From assembly GCA_043228905.1 (NCBI GenBank), contig JBHGNT010000018.1:18042001-18106000 (forward strand): a DNA stretch of 64,000 nucleotides, given 5' to 3'. Below the pieces are notes generated by a model. The model ran no database searches and had not been told where the DNA came from. It saw only the letters and a program-made list of their open reading frames with translations. Source of the DNA: Azolla caroliniana (taxonomy: Eukaryota > Plantae > Polypodiophyta). The number at the start of each line of letters is the position of its first letter. Within the stretch, counting starts at the first letter, position 1. The position numbers were made by a program, and so were the translations under genes. Positions 51,764-64,000 of this stretch are shown here, in pieces.

Positions 51764-54700
51764 ACGACGCATTGGGGTCCATCAATGTGACGGTGGACGA
51801 AGATGAAATGGTGCAGGTTTGCCTTAGAGGATTGGTGCAGAGGTTCGAATCATTCTGAATGACAAATTATATGGGAGAGAATCCACTCTCATTTTTCAAC
51901 CTATAGTTGATGCTCCTAGTTGAGGAGAACCCGTAGGTACGTCGAAGGTCATGCACGCCAACAACCAAATGTTGTACACGGAGGGGGATCGGCCCCGTGG
52001 TCGTGGTAGAATAGTTGGATTGGCACGCAATACTAGCGACCAATATGAGCAGAATTAAAGGCACAACAAGAGTGTTGACAGTAGTTCGGGATCCTCCATG
52101 AGCAAGGGGAGTCAGGGTGGTGTCAGAAGTCAGCACAGGAAAGCCACCGACCGCTAGTATTGTGGCAAGAAAGGCCACAAAGAGACCAAGTGTTGGAAAA
52201 AGATGGTTGTTTCGAACAAAGCCGAATCAAGCAAAGCCGACTCTATGGAAATGATATTGAAACGTATTTTGGGGCTCAAAGAGATGTTCGAAGATTAAAG
52301 AGTATACTACTTTTGGTTGTTGTCTTGGTTGGAAACGTCATGGGTTTAACACATGAAGAAATTCAAATATGTGACTTGGCAAAACATAATGTTCACCAAT
52401 CCATGTGGATTCTTAAGTACATAGGATTTGGTTCTGATGCTAACGTCTCCTCTAGTTTAGGTGATCTAAAACTCCCCCCTTTTAATTAACACATTATTAT
52501 TTACGAAAAAATCAACACTCTCTAAAATGTAACAATGTTAAGGTAAGGTTTGATGTATCCCTCTTTATTTTTCTTGGTATTTCCTAGGAGATCATTTGTC
52601 AACTTCAAAGAACCCTAATGTCTAGAAGGGGAATATTAATCATATTGTTGCTAAGTAACACATATTTGTGAAAAAGGGAATGAATTAAGTACATATTTTT
52701 CAAATAGTACAAATAATGGATTTGTCCAAAGTTGCTCTAGTCTCTTAGGGAAAGACTACAAACTTTGGGGCATGGATTGAATAAACAATAACTCATGGGT
52801 GTTTCTGAATTTCTCTAGTTTTGAGTGGTCCTTTCTCTTGAAATACAATATAACTAAAATTGGAAAATCCAATGGCGGTAGTCACATCCCATGAGTGCAA
52901 GTATTATTAGAATCTTGCACAAAAGATGATAAGGACCGAGTTTTGTGAGCTAGTGGGTATCTTATTTACAACAATAACTCCTTTGTCAAGCGGTTCATTC
53001 ACACAACACAAAAGTCGCGTGAAAGAAATACAAAATATTGTACACGTATAATAAAATCACAAATAATATTAAAGTCTCTAAGAAATTCAAAGGCACAAGT
53101 TGCACATGCACACGAAGTAGCAATTGTATAGTTGTTTGAGTTTCTTGATTTAATAATACAAAGGAACCTTTAAAAACAATCACGAAAATTCAAGACAAGG
53201 AACCCAAAATATAGATAAGAAAGTTGCTTCCATTGTGGGTGTTTGTTCAAGTAACCATAGTTGAAGGATCAATTACGTTAAAGATGAGCCCAATGGTTTG
53301 CAATAGACAATTGTCTCTTTGACAATGTCATAAACAACATTGGCATGGACAACACTCTCCCAAGTGATGTTCTTAGTGCTCAATTATACCCCTTAAAATG
53401 GAGAATGTTTTATAGAACAACCTCAATTAAAGGAGCCAATGTGGATAGTGACTTTGCCTATTCAAACACACACAATGGTTCAACACATAACAAACTACAC
53501 AAATCTTCTTTGACCACATAACTCAGGTTTCTAGTACAATAGGGTTAACCATTTCATCATGCTAGTATTATAGCTATTTTTTAGCATGCCCCAATAGAAG
53601 AGGTGTTGTAGACTACAACGTGTCATCCTTTAATGCACACTAACCACAAAAGGTGCGAACAATTTTCTAATCGATGAGGACATACGAGGCTTCATGTTTG
53701 TCAACGAGCCTTGTGGCAAGGGTATTGAGTCTAATGTCTATCTATTTTTCCAACCAACACCATGATCCTTATGACTTCCCTTGTTAAGTTCTCAAAAATG
53801 TATGTTGAATAAGTAATATCACGACAAATATTTTCAAACCAACTTTATATATATCGAGTACGTGTGATTCTACATATGCTTACATATTAACTTTACATCA
53901 TGAAAGTATTAAAACGATAGCTGGCCTAGCATACCATATGGACCCCAATAATTGAAGATGCCACATTGCACATCACGTCTAAATAAAGCTTAATTTTCCA
54001 AGATAACGCACATTCTAAACTAACAACTTTATGGAGCTTTTAAAAGACACCCCATCGAGAATGATAAAACTGTAAAACACATCTAAACAAGAGCCTTGCA
54101 ATTATGAGATAATGGCCACTACCAAAATTTTACCCTTGCATAATTATAAATTACAGACCCAAACACCATAAACGATAGCAATACATTGACACGTAAGGAA
54201 AGAGAAAAAAAAATGTTGGAGAAAAATGATGACGACGATCCACGCAGGCGATATGAAAATGTTTCACGGCACTTCTTATCAAACATTGACAAATGAATGT
54301 ACGAAATTTGTAGGAACGGTGGCAAAGGAGCTAGATATATCCAATTGGGTTCGTTGGTGGGCATGGGTAAAAGAGGGATTGTGTTACGATGGAGTTATTA
54401 AGCTTTCTTTGAAGCTCTTACAAGTTACACGAAGCACCGACATCGACACGAGCACAAGACACGTAAGGCAAGAGGGAATGGTTAGAGCAAAAACAAAGAC
54501 GACGATCCACGAGGGCCATACGGGAACGTTTTAACAACACCAGTAATCAAGGGCTAGCAGGCAAATCTACGAAAATAGGCAGGAAACGATGGCCAAAAGG
54601 AGCCAGGCGCATCTGATTGGGCTTGTCCATGGGTACAAGGGGGGGGGGGGGGGATGGTGTTAGAGATAGAGGTATCGAGCTGTCTTCGTAGCTCCTACAG

Positions 54701-55045
54701 GTTATGCAGGACGGGCCCGGACCAAAGCACAGGCACAAGCACGGACATTGACATGGACGCGGGTACGGACATTGGCATGGACACGGACACTGGCACAAAC
54801 TACACTCCTTCTCCTCCTACCGTGTGAACCCCTGCTTGTGTGGGATTGACGGCCAACAACACCCCGTCAAATGTGTCAGATATACATGGGCCCCTTCAGC
54901 CGCTCCCTGCCGTTGGATCAAGCCCCCATCGCACGGCTGGTATGGCTTCTGTTTTTTTATATGGGGGGAGGGCAGCCTCAGCCCACCAAATCCTGTCGTC
55001 TGCGCGCGTCAGTCATCGTCGTCGTCGTCGTCTCTGTGTCGAAAA

Positions 55046-55069
55046 TTAGGGTTAGGGTTAGGGTTAGGG
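55046..55069 (+). repeat. (TTAGGG)4 tract / telo-box in the putative PP2C 5'UTR exon
   Basis: ttagggttagggttagggttagggttt lies about 45 nt upstream of the donor G|GTAAGC at 55112. Confidence 0.85.
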
Positions 55070-56734
55070 TTTCGGGGATCTCCGCTTCGACCCTGCTGTT
55101 CAAATCTCACGGTAAGCATCTCCGATTCTTCCATCGCTCCATGGATCTCTGCTTCTTCGTTATCTCTTGTTTTTTCCCTTTCCTGCATTTCGCGCCTTCT
55201 TCTATTTCCATTGCCGATTTCTGTTCTCGGTTTTCCTATCCCCCTTGCTGGACGTTCTCTCTCTCTCTCTCTCTCTCTCTGTGGATGTTTGTTAAAGGCT
55301 TCTTTACATCTGTCTACTGAACTTCCGTAGGCCTCCCTCGTTCTCCATTCATCCGCGTCCCTTTGAAATTTAGCTTCTTCTTCTGTCCTTCTGTTCTTCT
55401 GTGCTTCGTTCTGTTTGCTTCTCTGTCGGAAGCAGTGTTTCTGTTTCTTCTTCTTCTTCAGTGAGTAGTATTTTGTTACACCTATTCACTTGTTTCTGTA
55501 TGCCCATGGATCTACTTTCTTTCTGTTGTTTGGAATTTAGCTTATTCTCGTACAAACTAAGTCCCTTGTCCCTTTCTTTTAATTTCATTCGGACTTCCAT
55601 GGATTTTCTCTCCTGCTTCAATTATATGTTCTGCTTTCTATCCCGTGCTTATTTCTGCTGTTATTTCTGTTCTCGATTTAATGTTCTCACTTGAATCTAC
55701 TGTTTTATTATTCTATACTTTTGAACCAAGGCCTTTTATGGTTATTTTGGCACCAGTTACGAGTTTAGTTTCTTCTCTGTTTCTGTTTTTCTTCAAGCTG
55801 CCTTTTTTATCTATGGTTCCTGCAACGAAATGATTCTTTCGTCTAATGAAGACTGGATATCATTGATCTGAGAAATTGCATATTTCTTTTTGAATCTTAT
55901 CTTCAGTTTCTTTTATCCCTGCAAACGGTGCATTTCTTTCATGACAGCTTGCGAGCTCTTATATTAGATTTTGCTTACTCCGTATCTTAGTATGTTCTGC
56001 CTTTTCCTGCTTCCCATCCGCTTGATGATGGTTTGCTTTGGATTTAGCTTCTTTCACTATGTTTTATGACAAATTTTTCTTGTATCATAGTTTGCATCAT
56101 TGATCCTTGTTTTTGCTTTTTTGTTTTTGTTTTTTGTATGCTTTACTCGACTTTATTTATGTTACTTGCCTGCGTTTTAAGTTTGAAATGCTTTGTAGAT
56201 CATAAAGTTTGACAATGGGACCTCACGTTTATGAAGTTTGATGTCCTTGTGTCCATTTTTAGGATGTTTTCTGTTTCCTGCTTTGTAAGGTTTCAAACCC
56301 ATCGTTGATCATGGAGTTTGACAATGGGGCCTCACAAATTTGAAGTTTGATGTGAAATCTTTTTTCTATTTTTAAGCTTTGTTAATACTCTTTCCTGCTT
56401 TCCAAGGTTATAAGTAGTGCGTCTGACATGAAAGACTAGAAATACCCGGCATTTTTCACATACCTTTTAAATTAGAGCTTGGCAAACATTTTGCATGTCT
56501 TTGGATCTTGTTTCTTGAGTATGTTGCGTTGGTCTGGTTTGTGAGTTCTTTTTCAAGTTCATGTTATGTGCCTTAGTTGAATATTTGAAATACTTGTGCA
56601 GATCATAACATTTGAAGCAGCAACAATACAAAAACATGGGGCTTAGTTTGTGGTGCATTTGATAGGAGAGTATTCTTATTCTGGTCTCAGCACAGTAGGA
56701 TGCTGTTTTGCTGAATAAATTTTTGAAGGCAAGA

Positions 56735-59700
56735 ATGAGTTCTTATGGTTCTGAACCCCCAAAAAACGAAACTAGTGGTGGTGGCCAAAGGTAATTTAAT
56801 TTTTCCTGGATGACAACAGCGCCAGATTGCATTCTGGTTCATGACCTCCGAGTTGATGGACTCCTTCTCCATTGTGATGTCAAGAAACAAGGACCATTCA
56901 AAAGCCAGCGATAGTTGAAATGAGTGTGTTGGATGCTCTAAACCAATGCCTAATGCACTCAATTAGTGACATTATTTTCATTTATCAATCTCCATGCCAT
57001 CAATTAAAGGGCAAAAAATGAGAATACCATGGTTCCATATATGAATTTGTCTGCATGCCAGGCATATTCCCCCACAGTATCCCAACACTTTAGTATCGTG
57101 GATCAATAGTAGTGTGTTTTATGTGTCTACAAACATGGATTATCATGCGTATGCATTTTTTACTTGAGAAGGAAGTATTGTGAACATGATATCTCTAGAA
57201 TATATGCAGACATCCAAGCGCGAACATTATGGGTGCAACTTCTAAATGGTACTTCGGGGCCATATGGTCTCATGACACCTGTCACAAGAACACAAGCATA
57301 CATTTGAATAACGTGGGATTACAAGAATGGTACTTCAGGAGTCTATGAGGTTGGGTGCGGTTTCTCTATGTGAGGCAACTCAACACAATTTCTTGTGGAG
57401 GGCAGTATCATTGTAGTTAACATAGGAATGGCATATGAATGTACTCTTAATAGCTTGGCATTAATTTTGCTGGAGGTTAGTACAAAGTCCAGATTATAAT
57501 GTACTTGTTGGTCATATGGTCTCATGACACCTGTCACAAGAACATAAGCATACATTTGAATAACGTGGGATTACAAGAATGGTACTTCAGGAGTCTATGA
57601 GGTTGGGTGTGTGCGGTTTCTCTATGTGAGGCAACTCAACACAATTTCTTGTGGAGGGCAGTATCATTGTAGTTAACATAGGAATGGCATATGAGTGTAC
57701 TCTTAATAGCTTGGCATTAATTTTGCTGGAGGTTAGTACATAGTCCAGATTATAATGTACTTGTTGGTCACTTCGAGATGGTACATGTCTTTGGAGCCAT
57801 GCCCAACACTTATAGAGGGGATGTTACATAGCTTAATTCTCTTGTATGAAATTTGAATGCCATTCTAGTATCTGAGCAAAGTGTGCTTTGAAAGAAGTTG
57901 GGAATTTGAGGTGCTCCATTATCAGATATAAATGATGGGAACAGGTTCTCAAAGTTGGGAGTGAGATGGACAGCGAAGGGATATCTGTATAAAATTACAT
58001 TAGAAATAATGTTGGTCACCTAAAGTTTTCTTTTCTCTGGAAAATAAGTTGGAAAAGATGCTTGTGCGGCCCTATTAAAAATTGATTTAATTGAATTTCT
58101 TTCTTGTGATTTAGCGAGGATGCCAAATATACTTTTGGGTATTCAAGTATACGAGGAAAGAGAGCTTCTATGGAAGATTTTTTTGAGGCCCGTTTTGCTC
58201 AAGTTGGTGAACATACCGTTGGACTGTTCGGTGTTTTTGATGGTATGTAGCAAATGAGTCACATAAAAATGCAGAACTTGCTGATAATTTATTTGCTCTT
58301 ATAATGCAGAGGTTGTGATCATATTTTGCGCTTATACCTAGTGAATTCTTATTTCAGGACATGGTGGCTCTCGTGCAGCAGATTATGTTCAGAAAAATCT
58401 CCTTGAAAATTTAATAAAACACCCCCAATTCTTTACTGACACCAAGAATGCCATAAGTAGGTCTTTATAAGGAAAATGAGAGATTCGATTTCATTTCTAT
58501 TACTAATTAATGTGGCATAGTAATTAAATTATGGAAGTATTTTTGCAGCTGAAACATATCAACAGACTGACTCAGAGTTTTTGAAAGTGGAGAACAGCTA
58601 CCAACGAGACGCTGGGACAACAGCATCGACTGCAGTGTTGGTTGGAGATCGGTTGCTTGTTGCAAATGTAGGTGACTCAAGAGCAGTTATTTGCCGTGCT
58701 GGTCATGGTAAGTTATATAGTACTATTCATGGTAAGATATGTAGTACGGCTCAGCTTAAAATCGAAGTATAGCAAGTTGCAAGTTAGAAAAGATCTAATT
58801 TGGTTGTAAACCTAGATATGGACCCAAGCATTGTTAGATTTAACTTAATGAGTTCCTATTGCAGGAAACTATCTTCTGCAATCAGTATTGCCTGTATTTA
58901 GAATCATAAAAACAATTAAGCAGAGTCCAGCAAAGAACCTCTTCATCTGTGTGTTTTAAAACTTAAGACACTTTCCAATAACCCATATCTAGAATCTCCT
59001 AACCTTGAATCTAGGCAACTATTACTAATAAGGCTATAATAAGTTTTGGAAAGTCAGTCTGTGTTTCTGTAACTATTTCTGCCATGGAAGTAAATTTGAA
59101 ACCTGACCAAATTCTTCTATGTTGCAGCTGTGCCACTCTCAAATGATCATAAACCCAACAGGACAGATGAGAGACAACGCATTGAGCAAGCTGGCGGGTA
59201 TGTTATGTGGGCAGGTAACGCTTATATTCCATTCCATTTGTGTTGAAGATTCGAATTAGGACTATATTAACACATTGCATCGGTCTTTGTACAGGAACAT
59301 GGAGAGTTGGGGGTGTCTTAGCTGTATCACGTGCTTTTGGTGACCGGTTATTAAAGCAATATGTGGTTGCAGATCCTGAACTCCAGGCAAGATATATAAA
59401 GAGGATTTGGCAATCGTAACATTTTTAGTCTAGCTATAAATATATAATCAAGGTATTACAATTTGTGGTTACATACCCAGGGGCCTGAACTCAGGCATGA
59501 CATAAACAAAGTTTAGCACTCTAAAGATGTCAAGTCTAGCTATAAATATCTGGAGAAGACCATTTTTGTGTTTATGAGTCAATTTGTATGGTGTTTAGCT
59601 AGGAGTGGGGAGGGGGATATATTAATCTAGTGATATTGTGAAATCAGTTTGCAGTGTGACACAATAAAGTATTTTGGAAATAAGAAACAATGAAAATATA

Positions 59701-60568
59701 ATAATGCAGTTGAATGAAAGTAAGCTCTTTGTAAAGTATTTGTAATTAGTGAAAAATACAATAATGCAGTTGAATAAGAATAAGTTCTTTGTAAAGTAGT
59801 TGGAACTAGAGCTAGATTGGAGTAGTGTTATTGGACTCAGATGCAGACTGACACTTGGAAAGTAGCATGAATGGAAGTAGCGTCTTTCTTAAATTCTTGG
59901 AACTAGTTTGAGAGTTGAACTAAGTACTTGGACTAGAAATTATTATGGATGTAAAAAATAATGAAAAATACAAGCATGGGAAGTACTTAAACTAGAATTC
60001 TATTGAACACAGGAATGTCTTTCAGGATTTTAACATTTGTTACATGTTAGGTTGTGTGGGCCAAATACTACAGGAAAGCAATGAGACCATAGTAGGCATA
60101 TGCCATGCTACTGCTAATTAGTGCATGAGAACTAAGGCCTGGCCTTACAGGCATTATGCAATATTGTTTTGATTCTCTTGTTACGTTGTTTTTCCAAGTT
60201 CTATTAGCCATTCTTGTCAATTATCCACATGCCCTTACCACTCATAAATTGTCATGAAGGAGGAGACTATAAATGGTGAAGTTGAATTCCTGGTGCTGGC
60301 TAGTGATGGCTTATGGGATGTTGTATCCAATCAGGTACATGTACAGCAGTGAAGTTTTGTAGCATGCTCTTCTAGTATTATTTTTGTTTGTTTGTGAATG
60401 AGCATTATTAAGATTTTGCTCATGCAGGATGCTGTCTCAATGGTTCAATCCATTCCGAATGCTGAAGAGGCTGCCAAGAAATTAACAGAAGAGGCATTGA
60501 ATAGGGGAAGTGCGGATAATATCACTTGTGTTATTGTTCGCTTCCATAATGAGGCAGTTATAGCTTAA
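56735..60568 (+). CDS. PP2C: Protein phosphatase 2C, clade F (WIN2-like), ~278 aa, 8 coding exons (56735-56790, 58115-58242, 58358-58456, 58549-58707, 59128-59214, 59295-59386, 60260-60334, 60428-60568)
   Basis: The spliced product has [55 protein letters not shown] and GSADNITC. Junctions are in phase, with one GC-AG intron. A 5'UTR intron probably spans 55112-56601. Confidence 0.95.
57261..57770. repeat. Recent ~252-bp tandem duplication in a PP2C intron
   Basis: Units start catatggtctcatgacacc at 57261 and 57513 and are nearly identical. Confidence 0.95.
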
Positions 60569-62334
60569 GGGCAAAAATCCAAGACAGTGGAAATTATATA
60601 GCTAACTGCATGGCGTTATCGCATACCTAGCGAGCCAATTCACTTTTGTAATGCAGAGAGTGGGGATATTTGTAGTGTAGAAAATTAATCATATTCTTGA
60701 TTTTCTCAACTGGTTGGGAATGTTAATCAACAAATTTCATGGGCAAAAGATCTCTAATCCAATGTTAAACCAACTTGATATTCTGAAGAAAAGTTGAACT
60801 TGGGCTAAAAGCATACACTTCTTCAGAATATCAACAGCTAGACTCAAATTCTAGTTTGCATGCTGTATTTCTATTTTTTAAGTCCGCACAATTAAGCTAG
60901 ACACAAATTCAAGTTTGACATGAAGCTAAGCGCAAGCCTCAGCAATATTTGTTATGATGACAGTAGGCTGGGTTATGAGCCAAGTGGATAGTTTTGCATT
61001 GCGTATGCTTATTTCCATCAGTTGTATTCCAGAATCAAGTTTTCAATTGTGCTAGTGTAAGAGAGATGAATAAGCTCATATACTTTGGCCTTGCATGCTT
61101 TATTTATTGCTTGCTTTCAACAAGCCACTCGAAATGGTAATAATAACTGTTCAAAATAATGTCAAATCAAGCAATGATGGTTACTTAACCCCTTGAAAAG
61201 TTAAGGCCTCGTGATGTTTGGTAAAACATGCAACGCCAAGCTGTGTGTTCTTATTGCATGTATAGAGGAATATGATCGGTTTGGGGTGAGACTTTGTTTT
61301 GCTATAATTAGTAAATTAGGTTATTTCATTGGAATGGAGGTGTCATGTGACCTGATTCATTTAACATCATTACCTATTTTCATTTGAATTGAGGTACACA
61401 ATAAAGGTTGATCCTACATTGTGAGTGGTGTCTTCCCAATATAAAAATAAATGCCTATCACAATCATTCACAAGCAACAGTGGATAGAGAAGGCTATTTA
61501 TTAGGGTACGGGGAATTAGAAACCCCCTAATGTGGTGGCAAAGTGTGCTACGCATGGGGTGTTTTAAGAAAGTGGGACATTGTCACTGAAATGTGTTTCT
61601 TTTGTATTGTCATTGGAACATCTTATGTTTGGACATAAATCTGCCATGTGGGTCCATAACCAGGGGAACAAGGTTGGATTGGAGTGGCGATCTTCACAAG
61701 CTGAAATAGTTGTTCGCTTCTTGAGATATTGGGGATAATGGTAAATGGGGGCATGCAAAATGATTTTGTCCAATTATGAAATGATTTGGCAATTCTTCTT
61801 GTCAAAATCTTACTGATTCACCAACATTCTTCTTGACTCTGTTTCCATGGCTGATAGTAAAAGCAGGTTAAAAAATGATTAATTAAACAAGCTACTTGTG
61901 TGCCGTACATGATTGCTTCACATGAGCAACACCATACCAATGAAGGTTATTGTTAAATAGGCATTTTACCAATGGGCAGGCATGCATGAGAAATTGTTAT
62001 GTAATCAGTTTATGTTTCTATTAGATTTTCCATAACATATGAAATAGGCAAGATGGTCAAATAGGCATTGCAGAAGAAATACAGAAAAATTTGACTTGCT
62101 GATGGGGCCAGGCCCCACAAAACTCCAGCAAGAAGCAAAACCTCACTCAACAAAAAAACAGTCAGAAATGCTCCTAATCATGTGACCTTGACCTTGAAAT
62201 GAGGCTAACTATGCTGGCATATCACTAGATTCTATCAACAGCTTTATATTGCCAGTTTTATATATACATGAAACAATGATATTTGTTAGCATACTAATGT
62301 CAACTACTGGCAAAACATTGTCTGGAGAGTTCTC

Positions 62335-64000
62335 TTAGCCACCACCTGCTCTAGATGAACTTCTAATTGAAGAGAAACCTTTGGTGCTTGCACTCCGGAA
62401 AGTCTGCCATGGAATGGAATTGGGCTTCAGCTGGGCCGGTAAAGATGTCCTCCTTTTAGAGATAGGCGAGGTTTTTTCATCCAAATCTGGTCTTAACTTA
62501 GGATTGCTCTGGGATCGAGCTTTGGCTTTTGCAGATTGTGTTACAGCCATATAGCTAGGGATGGTCGGGGAGTTTGTCGTCAGATTCTCTTGCATTCCTT
62601 TCAGTGGCCCTGAAAAGCTATGCCTTTTAAATACACCCTTGTTCTTTGGCATGGCCTCTACAGGCAATGCTTCTCGTCGAAAATGATCATGTTTGACATT
62701 AGAAGTACTTCCATCTTGAAGGCCTTTCGCCATCGTTTCACTGTGAGCCTCTAGAGCAGCAGAGGCATTGGGAGTGCAAGTGCTCCTTGAAGAACTTGAC
62801 TTGGTTGGCTTCATAAGCCTAGAGGAAATGGAGGTTGTTAACGTTTGTTGTTTAGTGGAGAGCTCGCAAGATGTCAGGGTTTCACCTTGTTGAGAATCTA
62901 CTGGATTCTCAGCCAAAGAACTCGGCGGAAATTTAGGCAAATTCAGTTGTTGGGAATCTTCTTGTAATATTTCCGAGGTAGGATTCTTGAGAGGTGGATG
63001 TTTTTTCTCAAGCTCATCTTCAGCTTTCAAGTGGCCTTCTCTCTTTACACCTTCATCTATAGGTTTCTCTTCACATTCGTCCAAATAAGCAGTCTCCCAT
63101 GGCCGGGCAGCCATCCACCTCTCAAGCCAGCTCCAACCCCAATGAGACTGATCATGGTCACCATCAAACACCAAAGAATTTTGTTTCCGAGCTGAGGTCC
63201 AGAGCTGGGAAAAAAACAAATATGTTAAACAGGAGATTACAGAAGTGATCTTTCTCAAAGCAATTTGTATATGCTTGGCCAAAAGTGATTCCTGGAGAAA
63301 CTGGAAAGAAAAATTTCTTATTGGTTCTCTGATGAAAAATTACATTGGATTAGACTTTTTAATCAGGGATATCAATATCATTTTAAGAAAGATAAGCACA
63401 CATTTTTAACATCTGAGCATATTTTTTAATTTTCCAAACAAGAAAGTGGAACAAATGCTAGTTATTGTACTTACTTGGCGAGAAAATGCATAGGCCAATG
63501 CTCGTTCTCGCTTCGCTGCTGCTTCCTGACGGCTCCGAAGTTTTGCATCCACCTCCTGAAGTGTCCCAGTGCTTGAATCCCAGCCTTCCTAAAAAGTGCC
63601 CAAAATAGAAAATTGATTAAAGTTGTAATGTGCAATGTAAACTCTACAGTGACCTAATGGGTTCAAGTTCTAATCTTATCCTTGGTTATCACACATGGCT
63701 TTAAATAACATTATTAAAGTCTTTAAGAGGGAGAAATGACCTACAGGACCGAAACTCACACCCATGTCAATCTTAACATCAAAAGAGATTATTTACCACA
63801 AGACATTCCTTTGGGGTGCCATCAGTTTGCATTCTCTCTCGAAGCTTCTGCTGTACAGCTTGACCTTCTTCTGACATGCGAACACGCCTCGCACGAACCC
63901 GAGCCTGTACTCTCACTAAAGCTTGTACACAACGCAAGGTTGTTCCAGCTTGCCTTCTCACCATATGTCCTCTCACTAGCGCTTGCAGCCTTACTAAACC
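62335..64000 (-). CDS. IQD: IQ67-domain (IQD) calmodulin/microtubule-binding protein, 3' part (exons 64000-63797, 63588-63475, 63204-62335); the 5' end is outside the window
   Basis: [32 protein letters not shown] (IQ67), EGWDSS...[30 protein letters not shown] and [18 protein letters not shown] (DUF4005). Confidence 0.93.

Larger units (their letters stand above)
38161..52240 (+). mobile_element. Ty1/Copia remnant (LTR end, PBS, gag) split by Gypsy, LINE and solo-LTR insertions
   Basis: PBS TGGTATTAGAGC (tRNA-iMet type). Gag reads MGSSPSTEKLDKNNYPSWEYKMRQYLLGHGYWSYI...LASRVHD| and resumes at 51164 HDQMLDYIRDAKT...KIKEICD|ALGSINVTVDEDEMVQVCLRGL, with a Zn-knuckle remnant CGKKGHKETKC near 52160-52195. 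Boundaries are approximate. Confidence 0.8.

Noticed and set aside
52250-54600. Short ORFs between the TE stack and PP2C (also 3100-5560)
   Set aside because: No recognisable motifs or consistent splice pattern; probably old repeat debris that I cannot classify.
55046-55069. Telomere or chromosome-fusion scar
   Set aside because: Only four units are present, in a genic leader; a telo-box expansion is more parsimonious.

Overview
This is eukaryotic land-plant nuclear DNA; a fern-like origin is my inference from the repeat style, not an identification. It holds six intron-containing host genes: plastid pyruvate dehydrogenase E1-beta (+), a DUF1640/FMP32-like mitochondrial coiled-coil protein (+), cyanase (-), separase (-, about 25 exons), a clade-F PP2C (+) and the 3' part of an IQ67-domain (IQD) gene (-). 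Between separase and PP2C is an ~18 kb stack of nested transposons. It contains a full-length decayed Ty3/Gypsy element, several solo LTRs, an L1/Tx1-type LINE and a Copia remnant. Two results stand out. (1) At ~34.5-38.0 kb is a degraded, intron-containing gene that fuses a ParB/Srx-like domain to a bacterial-type N4-cytosine/N6-adenine DNA methyltransferase domain; it is readable only after removing nested solo LTRs. (2) All four insertions of one Gypsy lineage have 4-bp target-site duplications (TSDs) of ACGT or ACGA, which suggests CpG-centred targeting. The full-length copy of that lineage also has a tRNA-Trp primer-binding site (PBS) and a G-GAT-TTT -1 frameshift site between protease and reverse transcriptase (RT). 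All coordinates and alignments were made by eye; no database searches were run.
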